From: an uncultured virus (IMG/VR IMGVR_UViG_3300028048_001604)
Lineage: Duplodnaviria; Heunggongvirae; Uroviricota; Caudoviricetes
Virus record (IMG/VR): IMGVR_UViG_3300028048_001604
Direction: 5' to 3' (one strand)
Length of the DNA stretch: 64,000 nucleotides
Part shown: positions 58,998 to 64,000 of the stretch, piece after piece
Layout of the letters: each line of letters begins with the position of its first letter
Numbering within the stretch: the stretch's first letter is position 1
Made by a program: the position numbers and the translations under genes
Notes under the pieces: model-generated
Database searches by the model: none
Told to the model about the DNA's origin: nothing
Seen by the model: only the letters and a program-made list of their open reading frames with translations

Positions 58998-60518
58998 TTA
59001 CGCCTCCTTACCTTGCTGTGACGGCAAATTAGATTTATTTGGAATCTGAGATGGTACATTTATAAACTCCTCAATTTCTTTCTTCGTAATACCCGTTGCA
59101 TAGAAAGATTGTATCAGTTTTTCACTAATAGGATTTACCTGTTCAAAATACCCATGAATCTTTTGTATTTCGCCAGCCTCATCATAGTCAGTTTCACCTG
59201 TTAGTACATACCTAAATAAGACTTTAGTTTCAGCCTTACCGTCTACAACTCTACCCGTGGACTCCTCGATTGACATAACCTTACGAGAGCCATCACCAAG
59301 TTTCTTCTGCGATACAAATATATCAAACGACTTAGCCATCGACTGTCTGTAATCAGAAATACTACCGCCTAAAGTTGCCAACTCGGTTGCTGCACGTTCA
59401 ATACCGTCAGCACCATCCATAGCGTGCCAAGTAGACATAACCCTATGACCTGTTTTTAAGGCTCTGTGCATTTGATAAAATTCTTCTGGAGTACGAACTT
59501 CACCTGGGATAATAATATCCGGTGTGTTACGCAGAGTATGAGCCATCATATTTGCCATTGTAGGAGATGTAGGGTCTTTAGCACGTTCTGGTGGTACATC
59601 CTGCGCCTCCCAATGAATTGCATTACGCAAGTTAGCTCCCGTAGTTTTATCTCGTTCATAAATCATAATTTCTGTAGGATTCTGAATGAGAATCAAACGT
59701 AAAGATGGGTCTACTTCCCAAACGATAGCGTTTAAAAGAGTTGTCTTACCCGATGAAGTTGGTCCAAGGCAAGCCAAACGAATGTCTGCTTTACCCAATA
59801 ACCTAAGGAATCTACTCATTTCTGGTGTCAAAGTACCAAATGCTTCAAAATCATCAAATGTAAGACGACTAGGTGCATATTTACGAATAGTGATTGAAGT
59901 ACAAGGAAAATCAAAACCTGGAGTTTGGTCTGGAGTAATAGCAGAATAATCTACCGCAGAAATACGATAACCTTTGTTAGCAGTTCTTGTGTTTAATAGA
60001 GGGTTTGTAACTGTTAATCTAGGTGGCGTTGTCTTTGGATTGTAAATAATACGGTTTAAGGTATTCAATAATTCTGTATTACTTACGAATTGATATGGTC
60101 TACCGTGTTCATTAACATAAGGATAAACCTTACCTGATTTAACTACCCAAATTGTTTTGTAGTCATTTATCTGAATTTCCTGTACTTCTGGGTCTTCCAA
60201 AGCATTACGCAAAATACCATAATCACTAATGTCTCTACGCAAATCTTCAATAAGTTTTGACGTATTTATAGTACCGTCATCATTGATATACCCACTAACT
60301 GCTCGAGTATTATGCTTTACAAAGTTTACAATAGTTTCATCTATAAAGCCTAACTGAACTTCCCTAGTCCAACTATAATAATCGAAAGGTGTTCTATCAG
60401 ATACTTCACGTTTACACCGTTCAAGATAATCCTCGTAGGTACATACGTCTGTACTTGATAACAAATCACCTGTAGAGTATTTTTGCTGTGTTTCAAACAG
60501 ATATTTCAAATCTAACAT
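58998..60518 (-). CDS. tadA: TadA/CpaF (VirB11-family) pilus assembly ATPase
   Basis: YGIL..ALEDPEVQEIQIN, SITIRKY, GPTSSGKTTLLNA, LRNTPDIIIPGEVR, TGH..MSTWHA. Confidence 0.9.
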   Translation of the reverse strand: MLDLKYLFETQQKYSTGDLLSSTDVCTYEDYLERCKREVSDRTPFDYYSWTREVQLGFIDETIVNFVKHNTRAVSGYINDDGTINTSKLIEDLRRDISDYGILRNALEDPEVQEIQINDYKTIWVVKSGKVYPYVNEHGRPYQFVSNTELLNTLNRIIYNPKTTPPRLTVTNPLLNTRTANKGYRISAVDYSAITPDQTPGFDFPCTSITIRKYAPSRLTFDDFEAFGTLTPEMSRFLRLLGKADIRLACLGPTSSGKTTLLNAIVWEVDPSLRLILIQNPTEIMIYERDKTTGANLRNAIHWEAQDVPPERAKDPTSPTMANMMAHTLRNTPDIIIPGEVRTPEEFYQMHRALKTGHRVMSTWHAMDGADGIERAATELATLGGSISDYRQSMAKSFDIFVSQKKLGDGSRKVMSIEESTGRVVDGKAETKVLFRYVLTGETDYDEAGEIQKIHGYFEQVNPISEKLIQSFYATGITKKEIEEFINVPSQIPNKSNLPSQQGKEA

Positions 60519-60521
60519 TTA

Positions 60522-61640
60522 TTAACCCTCCTTGAATTCATCAGCGTCAAAACCAAAATCAAAATCATCATCTTCATCATTATTAATAATACCCTTGTTG
60601 GATAATACTGCCTCATCTGTTTGGTCATCCTCAATAAATTCATCAGTAGGAATTTCTCGAATAATAGGTACAGGGGATTCTAACTTTTTATCGGTCTCGG
60701 CAATAATTTCAGCTGAGGTTTTAATACCCGAAACTTCATCTATACTAACCAACTCACGTACCAAATCATAAATTGCTACCGCATATGTATTGATTGCATT
60801 CGAATCACTAGCATAATCTATAATTAACTTACCCTGTTTGATTGCTTTATCGACCTCTTCGGAGAAAACTGTAGTAGCAACCTTTGTATATCTATATCGT
60901 TCTAGCAGAGAATCAAGATTACCCATTAACTTTTGAGAGATACCTGATACAATAACTCTGTTATATTTTGCCATTGGAACTGAGTAAAAAGACATATTGT
61001 CTATAAAAGAATCCAGACTGTCTAGAGCAACAGGAGAATCATTTACAACCTGATATATAATTTGTGCCCTATGCAGTAACTCGACATTAATCTTTGTAAG
61101 TTCGTTAGAAAAATCTATCAAGATAATATCATATTTAGATGATAATGTATCTAGTGCTAGAGTTACTAAAGCCTCATTATCTCGTACAGAAATTGCATCA
61201 AGAACATTACGTGACTTACCATAGAATGCTAAAACTGCAAGGTTGCCTGCATATTTAGAAATATGAGTAACTGAGTTATCTACATAAGGCATATCAAACC
61301 AATCAAGCCTGTCTTTTACAGGAACACTTAAATCTAGAGCTTTTGTACCCAATAGCATATCTTGTGTCGGACTCATAATACTAGTATCAATAACGCAAGT
61401 AGATACCCCTAGTTTGGCTAGAGTTACGGCTGTGTTCGCTACGATATTAGATGTACCAATACCATCACGAACACCCTTAAACCCTACAATACTATTATAC
61501 AAATGATACGTCTTACGAGAATGACCTGTACCTGATGTATATTTTAGTAAATCTTTATATACTTCACTTGAATCTCGTATAGTTAAGTTTTGCAACTTAG
61601 CCGTGGTATCTTCTGATATAAGTTTATTGAATATGCTCAT
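60522..61640 (-). CDS. TadZ/CpaE-like MinD/ParA-family protein
   Basis: GFKGVRDGIGTSNIVAN deviant Walker A, CVID, YDIILID; directly upstream of tadA. Confidence 0.75.
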   Translation of the reverse strand: MSIFNKLISEDTTAKLQNLTIRDSSEVYKDLLKYTSGTGHSRKTYHLYNSIVGFKGVRDGIGTSNIVANTAVTLAKLGVSTCVIDTSIMSPTQDMLLGTKALDLSVPVKDRLDWFDMPYVDNSVTHISKYAGNLAVLAFYGKSRNVLDAISVRDNEALVTLALDTLSSKYDIILIDFSNELTKINVELLHRAQIIYQVVNDSPVALDSLDSFIDNMSFYSVPMAKYNRVIVSGISQKLMGNLDSLLERYRYTKVATTVFSEEVDKAIKQGKLIIDYASDSNAINTYAVAIYDLVRELVSIDEVSGIKTSAEIIAETDKKLESPVPIIREIPTDEFIEDDQTDEAVLSNKGIINNDEDDDFDFGFDADEFKEG

Positions 61641-61650
61641 AATCTACCCC

Positions 61651-62583
61651 TTACTTGTTTGAATTAGACTTATTATTTGTACCACTTAATGCTTCCTGAA
61701 TATCAGCCAAGCTATCTGTGATAGAAGATGAAGAACTTCTAGGTAAAAGAGTAAGTTTATAGGTAGCACCTTTAGACTGCATATCCATATAGCGTTCTAC
61801 CTCTTCGGAAGTACACTCAAGAAGAATACTAGATGGCTTAACAGAGTTAATGAAATCTTCATTTTTGAGTAATGCCTGCTGTTCTTCCTTTGTCTTACTA
61901 ATATAAGAGTAATAAATATCAAAGATAGACGCACCTTCGGAATTCAGCATATCAAGAATGTGTACCTCAGAAAACATAAGTTCATTCTTCTTGATTTCTA
62001 CCCCTTCTGCATTACCCTGTCCGTTTGCTTGACCTAATTGATAAGCCTCTGACGTAGGTAAATCATATGAAGTATCGGTATACGTAGCTCGAACATTTAA
62101 TGTATCACCTGGTACTACCATATCACCGAAATCTTCGGTAGTTGTAAGACTGATATTCAGCAACTCACCAGACATAGAATACAGATATGAATTTTTCTTA
62201 GTCTGCTCACCTAGAGTTGAATCCCAAAACAGGATTGTGTTACCCCGTAAATAGTAGGCTGCATATCTTTTACCTACTACTGCGTCTTTATCAGACCAAC
62301 GAACAATAGTACTTCTAGTCTTACCATCAGAGAATTTCATTGTGCCATACTGTTGAAATTCTTTATAATACATATTATATGGCTCAATCATATCTTCTGT
62401 AATAAGAGCATTGGCTGAAATTGAGTCACCCTTAATACGTACTACCTTGATTGTTTTACGCGTCTCTATACTACCAATAGCAGTAATAATAGAAACAAAA
62501 ATAATAACTCCAAGTGCTAGAAGAATACCTATTGTTCTACTTTTTACAATATTAGCATTTCTAGGTTTCAAATTGATTGCCAT
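61651..62583 (-). CDS. CpaB/RcpC-like SAF-domain protein
   Basis: N-terminal TM; ISANALITEDMI...VVGKRYA (SAF), VVPGDTLNV; Tad context. Confidence 0.7.
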   Translation of the reverse strand: MAINLKPRNANIVKSRTIGILLALGVIIFVSIITAIGSIETRKTIKVVRIKGDSISANALITEDMIEPYNMYYKEFQQYGTMKFSDGKTRSTIVRWSDKDAVVGKRYAAYYLRGNTILFWDSTLGEQTKKNSYLYSMSGELLNISLTTTEDFGDMVVPGDTLNVRATYTDTSYDLPTSEAYQLGQANGQGNAEGVEIKKNELMFSEVHILDMLNSEGASIFDIYYSYISKTKEEQQALLKNEDFINSVKPSSILLECTSEEVERYMDMQSKGATYKLTLLPRSSSSSITDSLADIQEALSGTNNKSNSNK

Positions 62584-62594
62584 TTCAAGCCTCC

Positions 62595-64000
62595 TTAATT
62601 ATTGAAATCTGCTTGTACATACAGTGTTATATACCCTCTATCTAACATGGGTAAAATAAGACCATCTTCTAATAATACCCCGAATGATTTGACGATTTTA
62701 CCGTCTACATTATATTCTATATATTTGTATTGTTTATTACCGTCTGAATCACGTTCAATTTTGAACTTCCTATTTGTACGTGGGTCTACCCTATCTGGAA
62801 TCTCACCTCGTAGAATATCGTTTTCAGTAAGTTCACGTTCTTTGTAACGAGATGCAGTAATAGAGTAATTGTCTCCAGTATAACGATAATAAATTCTATC
62901 TTCATTTACAAGATACGTATTTTCAGTAGCGTCTTGACTACCCCTATTCATTATTGTAAACATCATATTGTTTACATCAATAACAGTAGGATTAGTATGA
63001 TGTTGAACTAGTTCAGCGTCAGCTATTTGATAATTCAACTCATTAAAGATTTTACCGTCTCTATCAGGCTTAAAATTCTTTATACCAAAAGCGTCTTTGT
63101 GCCCTCTAGCGTCTACTCCTAAAGATTGGAAAATCATTTTGTAATCTACGTCTTTATATTTACCACGTACAGATGCTCTTGTAACTACCCCGTGCCTTAT
63201 AGTCAGACCTAGAGTTGTTACATTTTTATGATTATCTTTATACTTACTACAAACTGCACCGATAAAACTTTCTAAAGGTATATTTTGGTCTGCAAAAGCA
63301 TTTGAGCCTATACAAATTACGTGTAGATTTGATAAGGTTAAAGGGTGACTCTTTTCTAGCATAAGACCTACAAGTTCTTTTTGGTCAGCCTGTATGTTTC
63401 CAACAGGAGCTGACTTACCCAAAACGAAGTCTACTGCCTCAGCTTTCATACCATATCTTAACATAGAATTGATAAAAGGACTTAAACTGAAATCAATAAA
63501 ATTTCTAGTAAGACGTGGTGCCCCAAACTGATAATCTTTACGCATACCTGAATAATAGGCAGACATTAGCCACTTAAAATACCCAACCTGTACGCTTTTC
63601 TTATACAAATCTTTTAGATATGTACGAGAATCAGCATTTCCAATGTGTCTTACATCAGAAAGTAATGTAATACCAACCATAGCACGGTGTTCTTGCGTAG
63701 CAAAATCGGGATATAATTTAGATATTACTTCATAGAAAACACCTGCCCCAGACTGATACCGTTTTTCTGGGTCTTCAAAGGTATACTGATTACAAATAAG
63801 AATACCTTCACACCCTGTAGAGTTAGATGTAACGTGAATAAATTCAGATGCGTCATCTTCTTCGGCTATATCGTGATGGTCTGTTGCTAGTACAACAACA
63901 TCTGAATCTACTAATTCTTGCAATTTAGCCTTTGAAATATTAAAATCGGCAGTAATAACCAAATAACCACGCAATTCTTCAACTGGCTTAAGAAAACCAT
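62595..64000 (-). CDS. RecJ-like DHH-family phosphoesterase/exonuclease (5' end beyond the window)
   Basis: LVITAD, TDHH, SGAGV, GITLLSDV, P.INS..R, RASVR and GHKDAFG (DHHA1); the frame stays open to position 64000. Confidence 0.82.
   Translation of the reverse strand, partial: GFLKPVEELRGYLVITADFNISKAKLQELVDSDVVVLATDHHDIAEEDDASEFIHVTSNSTGCEGILICNQYTFEDPEKRYQSGAGVFYEVISKLYPDFATQEHRAMVGITLLSDVRHIGNADSRTYLKDLYKKSVQVGYFKWLMSAYYSGMRKDYQFGAPRLTRNFIDFSLSPFINSMLRYGMKAEAVDFVLGKSAPVGNIQADQKELVGLMLEKSHPLTLSNLHVICIGSNAFADQNIPLESFIGAVCSKYKDNHKNVTTLGLTIRHGVVTRASVRGKYKDVDYKMIFQSLGVDARGHKDAFGIKNFKPDRDGKIFNELNYQIADAELVQHHTNPTVIDVNNMMFTIMNRGSQDATENTYLVNEDRIYYRYTGDNYSITASRYKERELTENDILRGEIPDRVDPRTNRKFKIERDSDGNKQYKYIEYNVDGKIVKSFGVLLEDGLILPMLDRGYITLYVQADFNN

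Noticed and set aside
1..64000. Jumbo-phage identity, alternative genetic code, tRNA/rRNA genes, integrase/transposase
   Set aside because: No virion or terminase genes recognised, ORFs are long and tightly packed in the standard code, and no tRNA/rRNA or recombinase motifs were seen.

Overview
AT-rich 64-kb segment in which essentially every credible gene lies on the minus strand, with Firmicutes-type RBSs (GGAGG/AAAGGAG) and near-consensus sigma-A promoters. It looks like part of a very large Gram-positive extrachromosomal or mobile element (megaplasmid-like), not ordinary chromosome and not a phage structural region. In transcription order (right to left) it carries: a RecJ-like DHH nuclease; a Tad/Flp-like pilus cluster with non-canonical pilins; a ParM actin + long coiled-coil + RHH operon; a GNAT-membrane fusion; a structured non-coding array; a 5'-3' exonuclease; many hypotheticals; DnaX; a tandem HU-like protein; three paralogous membrane proteins; a divergent conjugation-like block (1908-aa membrane protein, VirB3-like, ParA-like, VirB4-like, NlpC/P60 hydrolase, FtsK-like ATPase, lipoprotein); SpoVG; and a SNF2 helicase. 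The most striking signal is the ~530-nt region at 46117-46668. There a perfect TTGACA-17-TATAAT promoter drives four tandem double-hairpin units, with GNRA loops, G-U pairs and covariation all favouring the minus strand. The units are separated by unrelated pyrimidine-rich, anti-Shine-Dalgarno-like spacers and lead into an uncharacterised gene with a duplicated PGDYG-like motif. A strongly strand-biased GGGTA pentamer is also over-represented. All product calls come from motif recognition by eye; no database searches were run.
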